In this document: one piece after another, positions 57,456 through 64,000 of the stretch
Layout: each line of letters begins with the position of its first letter
Position numbering within the stretch: position 1 is the first letter of the stretch
Source: an uncultured Faecalibacterium sp.
GTDB lineage: Bacteria > Bacillota > Clostridia > Oscillospirales > Ruminococcaceae
Reading direction: 5' to 3'
Assembly (NCBI GenBank): GCA_934548045.1
Contig: CAKTEM010000007.1
Coordinates: 57,105-121,104, forward strand
Length of the DNA: 64,000 bases
Program-made: the position numbers and the translations under genes
Notes under the pieces: generated by a model
Told to the model about the DNA's origin: nothing
The model's input: only the letters and a program-made list of their open reading frames with translations
Database searches by the model: none

Positions 57456-59573
57456 ATGAAGGACAAGATCTTCGGCGTGCTGCAGCGTGTCGGACGCAGC
57501 TTTATGCTGCCCATCGCGCTTCTGCCCGTTGCCGGCCTGCTGCTGGGTATCGGCAGTTCGTTCACCAATGAGACCATGCTGGCGGCCTACGGGCTGGACA
57601 GCTTCATCCATCAAGGCACTATTATTTATACCATTCTGGACGTCATGAGCCAGACCGGCAGTGCGGTCTTCAACAACCTGCCTCTGCTGTTCGCGATGGG
57701 TGTCGCCATCGGCATGGCACGCAAGGAAAAAGAGGTCGCCGCTCTGTCGGGTGCTGTGGCCTATATCATCATGAACACCGCCATTCAGGCCATGATCAAC
57801 GCCGCTGGCGGTGTGGACGCCATGCCTGCCAACTCCACCACTGAGATGCTGGGCATCACAACGTTGCAGATGGGCGTTTTCGGCGGCATCATCGTCGGTC
57901 TGGGTGTTGCGGCACTCCACAACAAATTCTATAAGATCGAGCTTCCGCAGGTGCTGGCGTTCTTTGGCGGCACCCGGTTCGTTCCCATCGTCAGCTCCAT
58001 CACCTACCTCATCGTCGGCATTGCGATGTTCTATATCTGGCCGGTCGTCCAGACGGGTATCGCTGCGCTGGGCAGTCTGGTTCTGGCTTCCGGTTACGCA
58101 GGCACCTTCCTGTACGGTCTGCTGGAGCGTTCCCTCATCCCCTTCGGCCTGCACCACGTCTTCTATATGCCGTTCTGGCAGACGGCGGTCGGCGGCACTG
58201 CCATCATCGACGGTGTGACCGTCACCGGTGCGCAGAACATCTTCTTCGCCGAGCTGGCCTCCAAGTCCACCACCGTCTTCTCGGTCGAGGCGACCCGTTT
58301 CATGGCCGGTAAGTTCCCCTTCATGATGTTCGGTCTTCCCGGCGCAGCTCTGGCAATGTACCAGTGTGCAAAGCCGGAAAAGAAGAAGGTCGCAGGCGGT
58401 CTGCTCCTGTCGGCTGCTCTGACCGCTTTCCTGACCGGCATCACCGAGCCGCTGGAATTCACCTTCATCTTTGTCGCACTCCCGATGTACGTGGTCCACT
58501 GCGTGCTGGCCGGCCTGTCCTTTATGCTGATGCACATCCTGAACGTCGGTGTCGGCATGACCTTCTCGGGCGGTCTCATCGACCTGGTTCTGTTCGGAGT
58601 GATGCAGGGCAACGCAAAGACCCACTGGATCTGGGTCGTCGTGGTCGGTCTGGTCTACTTTGTGCTGTACTACTTCATCTTCCGTTTTATGATCATGAAG
58701 TTCGACTTCAAGACCCCGGGCCGTGACGATTCCGAGGAAGTCAAGCTCTATACCCGTGCGGACGTCAACGCCCGTGACGCCGCTTCTTCCAACCCGGCCG
58801 CTGCCGCTGACCCGGTGAGCGCGCTCATCGTCGAGGGTCTGGGTGGTGCGTCCAACCTGAGCGATGTCGACTGCTGTGCCACCCGTCTCCGTGTGACTGT
58901 CAAGGATGCCGCCCTCGTCAAGAACGATGTCCTGAAGCAGTCCGGTGCATCCGGCGTCATCTGCAAGGGCAACGGCGTGCAGGTCGTGTACGGCCCGAAG
59001 GTCGCTGTCATCAAGGCAAAGCTGGAAGACTACCTCGAAAACGCACCCAAGACCCCGGCTCCAGCCGCTCCGGTCGCGGCTGAGACTGCACAGGCCGCAA
59101 ACATCTCCGACGCAAAAGACACCGTCCTGTCCGCCTGCCTGAATGGTACGGTGGTTCCGCTGGCTGAGGTCAAGGACGAAGCTTTCTCCAGCGGCGCACT
59201 GGGCGACGGCATTGCCATCGAGCCTTCCGACGGCGAGCTGGTTGCTCCGGCAGACGGCGAAATCTCCTCTACCTTTGATACCCACCATGCAGTCGGCCTG
59301 ACCACCGATGACGGCGCAGAGCTGCTGATGCACATCGGCATCGACACCGTGAAGCTGGGCGGAAAACACTTCACCTATCTGGTGAAGGAGGGCGACAAGG
59401 TCAAGAAGGGCCAGCCCCTCATCCGGTTCGAGCTGGATGCCATCAAGGCCGAGGGCTACCCGGTCACGACGCCCCTCATCGTCTGCAATACCGACGAGTA
59501 CGCCTCTGTCACCCCGAAGGCCAGCGGCACCGTCAAGCAGGGCGACGCATTGCTGGAACTGAAAAAGTCCTGA
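57456..59573 (+). CDS. ptsG: PTS glucose-family EIICBA component
   Basis: 705 aa; N-terminal EIIC (glucose/maltose/NAG family), EIIB motif DCCATRLR, C-terminal EIIA-Glc (GDGIAI...HIGIDTV, two His). Confidence 0.8.
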   Translation: MKDKIFGVLQRVGRSFMLPIALLPVAGLLLGIGSSFTNETMLAAYGLDSFIHQGTIIYTILDVMSQTGSAVFNNLPLLFAMGVAIGMARKEKEVAALSGAVAYIIMNTAIQAMINAAGGVDAMPANSTTEMLGITTLQMGVFGGIIVGLGVAALHNKFYKIELPQVLAFFGGTRFVPIVSSITYLIVGIAMFYIWPVVQTGIAALGSLVLASGYAGTFLYGLLERSLIPFGLHHVFYMPFWQTAVGGTAIIDGVTVTGAQNIFFAELASKSTTVFSVEATRFMAGKFPFMMFGLPGAALAMYQCAKPEKKKVAGGLLLSAALTAFLTGITEPLEFTFIFVALPMYVVHCVLAGLSFMLMHILNVGVGMTFSGGLIDLVLFGVMQGNAKTHWIWVVVVGLVYFVLYYFIFRFMIMKFDFKTPGRDDSEEVKLYTRADVNARDAASSNPAAAADPVSALIVEGLGGASNLSDVDCCATRLRVTVKDAALVKNDVLKQSGASGVICKGNGVQVVYGPKVAVIKAKLEDYLENAPKTPAPAAPVAAETAQAANISDAKDTVLSACLNGTVVPLAEVKDEAFSSGALGDGIAIEPSDGELVAPADGEISSTFDTHHAVGLTTDDGAELLMHIGIDTVKLGGKHFTYLVKEGDKVKKGQPLIRFELDAIKAEGYPVTTPLIVCNTDEYASVTPKASGTVKQGDALLELKKS

Positions 59574-59662
59574 CCCCTTGGCAACGGCTCTCCAAAAGAG
59601 TATACTGGAAGCAAGAAAAACTCTGATTACTATAATATACTATAATAAAGGAGAGCAAAGCG

Positions 59663-60544
59663 ATGCAGGCAACGATCCAGAACGAATATTTGACCCTGAC
59701 GGTGGACACCCACGGTGCCGAGGCCGTCAGCCTGAAAAACGCGGCAGGCGAGGAGCTGCTCTGGCAGGCAGACCCGGAGGTCTGGAAACGCCACGCGCCC
59801 ATCCTGTTCCCGTGGACGGGCAAGCTGCCCGGCGGCACCTTCTCCCACGAGGGTAAGACCTACAAGGGCGGTCAGCACGGCTTCGCCCGGGATGTGGAAC
59901 ACACCCTGCTCAAGGCCGAGGGTGATACCATCCAGCTGGAACTGCGCCCGGACGACGCGATGAAGGCCGAGCGGTTCCCGTTTGACTTTGTGCTGGTAAG
60001 CACCTTCAAGCTGGACGGCAAGACGGTGCATCATACCCTGACCGTCAAGAACCCCGGCGACACCGAGCTGCGGTTTGGCATCGGCTACCATCCAGCGTTC
60101 AACATCCCCTTTGATGCCAACCACACCACCGAGGATTACGAGTTCCGCTTCGACCAGCCCGAAAGCCCAATGATCCTAGATGCCTATCCGAACGGCCTGC
60201 TGACCGGCAAGTGCCGCTATGTCTGGAAGAACCAGCAGGTCATTCCGCTGACCGATGAGCTGTTCGAGAATGACAGCTTCTGCATGGCCGGCCTGCGCAC
60301 CAAGACCCTCGGCATCTACGAGAAGGACACCGGCAAGAGCATCGTCTGCGACGTGGCGGATTATCCCTACTCTCTGATTTGGAGCGCGCCTGCAAAGCCG
60401 GTGCGGTTCGTCTGCATCGAGCCGTGGCAGTCTCTGCCCGGTGCCGAGGTCGACCCTCAGGAGTGGAATGAGCGCGCAGCCGCCGCCTGCCTCAAGCCCG
60501 GCGAGGAGTATTCGACAACTCTCAGTACCACCTTTGAGCGGTAA
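59663..60544 (+). CDS. Aldose 1-epimerase family protein
   Basis: 293 aa, aldose epimerase/galactose mutarotase-like fold motifs (GYHPAFN, catalytic His/Glu positions). Confidence 0.65.
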   Translation: MQATIQNEYLTLTVDTHGAEAVSLKNAAGEELLWQADPEVWKRHAPILFPWTGKLPGGTFSHEGKTYKGGQHGFARDVEHTLLKAEGDTIQLELRPDDAMKAERFPFDFVLVSTFKLDGKTVHHTLTVKNPGDTELRFGIGYHPAFNIPFDANHTTEDYEFRFDQPESPMILDAYPNGLLTGKCRYVWKNQQVIPLTDELFENDSFCMAGLRTKTLGIYEKDTGKSIVCDVADYPYSLIWSAPAKPVRFVCIEPWQSLPGAEVDPQEWNERAAAACLKPGEEYSTTLSTTFER

Positions 60545-60555
60545 AAAAGCCTCCC

Positions 60556-60584
60556 TTGACATTTTTCAGGGGAGACTCTATAAT
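60556..60584 (+). promoter_or_regulatory. Consensus sigma-70 promoter of a short convergent transcript (candidate RNA antitoxin)
   Basis: TTGACA (60556-60561), 17 nt, TATAAT (60579-60584); a terminator hairpin lies only about 100 nt downstream. Confidence 0.55.
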
Positions 60585-60590
60585 AAGTTA

Positions 60591-60690
60591 TAGAAAAGGT
60601 GCTGTCCTGCAATGGGTCAGTTCCCGTACCCTATGCAATCAAAAAGATTGACCGCACGAGTTTCCGAGGCTGGGCGGTCAATCTTTTTTG
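60591..60690 (+). ncRNA. Candidate small RNA of about 100 nt (type I antitoxin candidate) ending at bidirectional terminator
   Basis: Bracketed by a perfect -35/-10 and a gattgaccgc ... gcggtcaatc TTTTTT terminator; no credible ORF (only a 13-codon ORF with weak RBS); 3' end overlaps the 3' end of the minus-strand small toxin-like ORF. Confidence 0.4.
60646..60690. terminator. Bidirectional intrinsic terminator shared by convergent small RNA and small ORF
   Basis: AAAAA gattgaccgc (10-nt loop) gcggtcaatc TTTTTT. Confidence 0.6.
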
Positions 60691-60797
60691 TTATGCTTCT
60701 CATCAATGTACTGCATGATCTTCAACGTGATGTCGACGGCCTCGTAGATCACAGTGAACACGAGCGTCAGCAACGCCAGAACTTCCAGCAGAGTCAT
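60678..60797 (-). CDS. Small hydrophobic peptide (39 aa), Fst/Ldr-like type I toxin candidate
   Basis: MTLLEVLALLTLVFTVIYEAVDITLKIMQYIDEKHNKKD: single TM plus charged tail; RBS ggaagg; minus-strand promoter TTGCCA-17-TATAAT at about 60967-60996 gives a roughly 160-nt 5' UTR. Confidence 0.45.
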   Translation of the reverse strand: MTLLEVLALLTLVFTVIYEAVDITLKIMQYIDEKHNKKD

Positions 60798-61019
60798 CGT
60801 GCATCCCCCCCTCGCCTTCCGGCACCGGGAAGATTCGCTTTTCAAAAAAGTCCTTTTCCCCGGTATACCGGTTCATTCCGTGGAATGGTTTGGTATCTGG
60901 GTACGGGAGCATGACCACCTGTATTGCAGGCAGCACCTTACCGCCCTTTATCCGGGCGGTATTTTTATTATAACATCGTTTGTACCGCTTGGCAATCGCG
61001 CTTTTTTGCGGCTTTCCTC

Positions 61020-61060
61020 TTGACAGCTCTGTATCTACTGTGTATACTGTACATGTACAG
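61020..61060 (+). promoter_or_regulatory. Promoter with overlapping palindromic operator for GntR(YtrA)-ABC operon
   Basis: TTGACA (61020-25), 17 nt, TATACT (61043-48); perfect 14-bp palindrome CTGTACATGTACAG (61047-61060) overlaps -10 and the TSS. Confidence 0.55.
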
Positions 61061-61090
61061 ACTGTGCAGCGTATCACAAGGAGACTTGTT

Positions 61091-61462
61091 ATGAATCTGT
61101 TTATCGACAACAAAAGCGGCGCGCCCATCTATGAGCAGCTCTATGACCAGATCAAGAGCCAGATATTGAGCGGCGCGCTCCAGACCGACGAGGCGTTGCC
61201 CTCCATCCGGGGGCTGGCGAGAGACCTGCGAATCAGCGTCATCACCACCAAGCGCGCCTACGACGAGCTGGAAAAAGAGGGATTTTTATACGCAATACCA
61301 GCAAAAGGGTTTTTCGTGGCGGCAAAAAACACCGAGCTGCTGCGCGAAGAGAACCTGAAAAACATCGAGAGCCATCTCACCGAGGCTGTCCACCTTGCGG
61401 CCTCCTGTGGGCTGGACAAAGAGCAGCTGGCCGAAATGCTCGACCTGTTATGGGAGGATTGA
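61091..61462 (+). CDS. GntR-family transcriptional regulator, YtrA subfamily
   Basis: 123 aa; wHTH RGLARDLRISVITTKRAYDELEKEG and a short C-terminal helical region typical of YtrA; RBS aaggaga. Confidence 0.75.
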   Translation: MNLFIDNKSGAPIYEQLYDQIKSQILSGALQTDEALPSIRGLARDLRISVITTKRAYDELEKEGFLYAIPAKGFFVAAKNTELLREENLKNIESHLTEAVHLAASCGLDKEQLAEMLDLLWED

Positions 61463-61466
61463 TTTC

Positions 61467-62318
61467 ATGAACGCATTGGAAATTCGCGGCCTGACAAAAC
61501 ACTATAAGGGTTTCACTCTTGGGCCGCTGGACCTGACGGTTCCCGGCGGAACAATCTGCGGTCTGGTGGGCGAGAATGGCGCAGGCAAAAGCACCACGAT
61601 GAAGCTTATCCTCGGCGTCTGCGAGGCTGACAGCGGCAGTGTGACCGTCCTCAGCAGGGATAATCACGCGGAGGCCTTCATCCGGACAAAAGCGGATTTA
61701 GGCGTTGTGCTGGACGACCCGGGGATTCCGCAGTGCCTGACCGCTCTGCAGGTCGGAAAAATCATGGCTGGCATCTATCCGAACTGGGATGCGGATGCTT
61801 ATGCGGAATTATGCCGCAAATTTGCACTGCCGACGAATAAAAAGTTCAAGGACTATTCTCGTGGCATGAAGATGAAGCAGGGGCTGGCCGTTGCGCTGGC
61901 CCACCACCCGAAGCTTCTCCTTCTGGACGAAGCGACCAGCGGCCTTGACCCGGTGGTGCGCGATGAACTTATTGACATGCTGCTGGATTTTGCCCGGGAT
62001 GAAGACCATGCCGTGCTGGTTTCATCGCATATCGTCAGCGACTTGGAAAAGCTCTGCGACACCATCGCCTTTCTGCATAAGGGAAAGTTGCTGCTCTGCG
62101 AGGACAAGGACGCACTGCGTGACGAATACGCGCTCTGGCATGGCACGGCGGAACAGCTGGCAGAGCTGGACGATTCGGCCATCCTGAGCCGCCGGACGAC
62201 CCCCTACGGTGCCGAGGCACTTGTCCGTCGTGATGGCGTTCCGGCTGGCAGTCCGCTGACGCCGGTGAGCATCGAGGAACTGTTCGTTCAGATGGTGAAA
62301 GGAGAGACGCGCGCATGA
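61467..62318 (+). CDS. ABC transporter ATP-binding protein (YtrB-like)
   Basis: Walker A GENGAGKST, Walker B LLLLDEATSGLD, signature-like YSRGMKMKQG; start MNALEIRG. Confidence 0.8.
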   Translation: MNALEIRGLTKHYKGFTLGPLDLTVPGGTICGLVGENGAGKSTTMKLILGVCEADSGSVTVLSRDNHAEAFIRTKADLGVVLDDPGIPQCLTALQVGKIMAGIYPNWDADAYAELCRKFALPTNKKFKDYSRGMKMKQGLAVALAHHPKLLLLDEATSGLDPVVRDELIDMLLDFARDEDHAVLVSSHIVSDLEKLCDTIAFLHKGKLLLCEDKDALRDEYALWHGTAEQLAELDDSAILSRRTTPYGAEALVRRDGVPAGSPLTPVSIEELFVQMVKGETRA

Positions 62319-62950
62319 AAGGCTTATTGTTAAAGGAATGGTATCAGTTGGTCGCACAGGGAAAGTTCATCCTGCTGTCGGCGGTCATCATGTTTGGAGC
62401 GTCGGCCGTCACGCTGGCAAATGGCAAGGGGCTTCCGGGATTTCTGGTCTACGCCTGCTTCCTGCTGGGAATTTTCCCTATGACATTATTCACTTATGAC
62501 GAACTCGCAGGCTGGGTGGAGTACAGCTACGCCTTCCCGGTCAGCAAGGCGCAGCTGACCGGTGTGAAGTACCTGCTCGGCCTGCTCTGCACGGCAGTCG
62601 GTACGCTTTGCACTGCGGTGGTCTTAGCCATTTGGGGCGGCGGACTTGACCGCAATTACACCACCCTGCTCCTTGTCGAGTCGGTCTGCGCACCTCTTCT
62701 CGCGAACGCCGGGCTGCTGCTCCTGAGCTTCCGGTTCGGCTCGACCAAGGCGCGCTATCTCTACTTTGTCATCGTGGCACTGTTCGCCGGACTGCTGGGC
62801 TTTGGTGTTTCCAGCGACGACGAGCTGGGCCATGCGATGGCGGAGGCTCCGCTGCCTGCCCTGCTGGGCGTCGTCGTCCTCAGCCTCGTGTTGTACGCCG
62901 CTTCGTGGAAGCTCTCGACGGTGTGGTATGGGAAGTCCAGAGATATCTGA
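62315..62950 (+). CDS. ABC-2-type transporter permease (YtrC/D-like)
   Basis: 211 aa, 5-6 TM helices, overlapping start with the ATPase stop. Confidence 0.6.
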   Translation: MKGLLLKEWYQLVAQGKFILLSAVIMFGASAVTLANGKGLPGFLVYACFLLGIFPMTLFTYDELAGWVEYSYAFPVSKAQLTGVKYLLGLLCTAVGTLCTAVVLAIWGGGLDRNYTTLLLVESVCAPLLANAGLLLLSFRFGSTKARYLYFVIVALFAGLLGFGVSSDDELGHAMAEAPLPALLGVVVLSLVLYAASWKLSTVWYGKSRDI

Positions 62951-63043
62951 ACGCAAAATAAAAAGTCTCTCTTGAGGTCAGTACAGCCGTCTTGAAGAAA
63001 TCATCGTTCTATGGTAAAATAAAATTGCAAAGAGCATTGATAA

Positions 63044-63244
63044 ACCGGATCTGGTGCTGACGACCTGCGAAATGAGAGCTATGCTGAGGGCATAGAAGAT
63101 GGAATCGAACAGGGCAAGCTTGAGCAGGCCAAAGTGATGGCAATGAAGCTCTGGCTGAAAGGTGAGCCGGTCGAAGAAATCGCCGACTTGGTCGGGTTCA
63201 GTGTGTCAACTGTTGAAAAATGGCTCACCCCGAAAACTGCATGA
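63044..63244 (+). pseudogene. Remnant of Rpn/YhgA-like (PD-(D/E)XK, transposase_31) family gene, C-terminal fragment only
   Basis: In-frame segment EGIEDGIEQGKLEQAKVMAMKLWLKGEPVEEIADLVGFSVSTVEKWL matches the conserved C-terminal repeat region of the Rpn family; no start codon; the preceding nuclease domain is absent. Confidence 0.4.
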
Positions 63245-63263
63245 CCTCGCATTTTGATGGCCG

Positions 63264-63292
63264 TCCGGCAAAAAGCTGGACGGTTTTTTATT
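63264..63292 (+). terminator. Intrinsic terminator
   Basis: ccgtcc ggcaaaaagct ggacgg followed by TTTTTTATTT. Confidence 0.45.
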
Positions 63293-63541
63293 TGGTTGAC
63301 CTGTCCTCTCACAACGCACACTGTCCTTTCGATTTTACTTTATCCATGAACAATTTGTGACTTTTCATAGATGCGGAGAATAAATATTCAATAGTCCATG
63401 CATGAAAATTTCACAACTTCATTGACGCAAAGTGCTGCTTCTGTTAAGCTATATTCTGTTACTTCGCCAGCTTGTGGGCTGGCAGAGGGGCAGGATATTG
63501 GACATCTGCCGCAAGGCGGACGTTAAGAGAGGAGCAACACA

Positions 63542-64000
63542 ATGCAAAAACATTCATCCGTATTCATTACGAGAGCATGTTCTCTGGTCGTGACGCTTGC
63601 ACTGATGCTGTCGGTGGTCATCATCCCGGCATCGGCTGTCAACGCCAGCGCAAAGGACATGAACCCGACCGACGATCCGCTGCTGGGTACTCAGTTCGCG
63701 GTGGACGCTGTCATTCCGCTGGTCTCCACCGGTGACGGCAAGGACATCTCCCTGACCGTTCCGGTGCAGGGTGTCGACAAGGACGCTCTGGAGGCTGCTG
63801 TCGCGGCCGGTCAGGTCAGCGTCGCCCTCAACCGTGACGAGACCCGTCCGTATGTCAATGAGGAAATCTATCCCAACCAGTACGACGGCGGCGCGCTCGA
63901 CGACTGGAAGACCCAGAAGGCCGATGAGAATGAGTTCACCGACCTGCAGCTCTCCGTGACAGAGGCCGACGGTGCAGTTGTCCTGAACGTGTCCTTCCAC
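63542..64000 (+). CDS. Secreted protein, 5' partial (continues beyond window)
   Basis: ATG with RBS agaggag; signal peptide MQKHSSVFITRACSLVVTLALMLSVVIIPASAVNA; open frame to the window end. Confidence 0.55.
   Translation, partial: MQKHSSVFITRACSLVVTLALMLSVVIIPASAVNASAKDMNPTDDPLLGTQFAVDAVIPLVSTGDGKDISLTVPVQGVDKDALEAAVAAGQVSVALNRDETRPYVNEEIYPNQYDGGALDDWKTQKADENEFTDLQLSVTEADGAVVLNVSFH

Noticed and set aside
60703-61128. 141-aa minus-strand ORF overlapping the 5' UTR of the small toxin-like gene and the GntR promoter
   Set aside because: It has no RBS, is Cys/Arg-rich with no family, and overlaps two promoters. The 39-aa ORF with an RBS is preferred.

Overview
This is a 64-kb chromosomal segment from a high-GC Firmicute, probably a Clostridia/Oscillospiraceae (Faecalibacterium-like) genome at roughly 57-60% GC; the organism was not checked by any search. 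Coding density is high. The many long ORFs antisense to real genes are artefacts of the GC content.

Reading left to right:
- **Start of window:** aroF (DAHP synthase, minus strand) and ybaK.
- **De novo purine operon:** purE-purF-purM-purN, a PurO-type IMP cyclohydrolase, an AICARFT-only purH, purD, a single-chain purL and purB. A 450-bp leader with an intrinsic terminator/attenuator precedes purE.
- **Housekeeping and division genes:** rsuA, a PucR-family regulator, ftsE-ftsX, an EnvC-like M23 peptidase, ctpA and ksgA.
- **Cell-wall regulatory operon (minus strand):** a membrane protein, a SEDS (RodA/FtsW) protein, a class-B-like PBP, a PP2C phosphatase and a PASTA-less Ser/Thr kinase with Sel1-like repeats.
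- **Further housekeeping:** tsaD and polA, a ferredoxin, an ArsC/Spx-family protein and a SpoIID/LytB-like protein.
- **Rhamnose-polysaccharide locus:** a two-domain GT2, a second GT2, rmlA, rmlD and rmlB; no rmlC is present.
- **Low-GC islet of about 2.3 kb:** a Ser-rich lipoprotein, an array of 10-bp iteron-like repeats, a 5'-truncated XRE gene and a HigB/HigA-like toxin-antitoxin pair.
- **Downstream:** pfkA, tRNA-Gln(CUG) and tRNA-Pro(CGG) behind a consensus promoter, and a MacB/FtsX-type ABC exporter.
- **Sugar uptake and regulators:** two tandem paralogous family-5 solute-binding lipoproteins, glcT(licT)-ptsG(EIICBA) with a RAT/terminator leader, an aldose 1-epimerase, and a YtrA-like GntR regulator with its ABC transporter.
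- **End of window:** an Rpn-family gene remnant and the 5' part of a secreted protein.

The most notable things I found:
- **New interspersed repeat.** A previously unannotated MITE/REP-like element with CCCTCTCAG terminal inverted repeats flanked by TA is wedged between genes in eight places, usually starting on or right after a stop codon.
- **Candidate type I toxin-antitoxin locus.** A 39-aa Fst-like membrane peptide gene converges with a roughly 100-nt RNA bracketed by a consensus promoter and a terminator.
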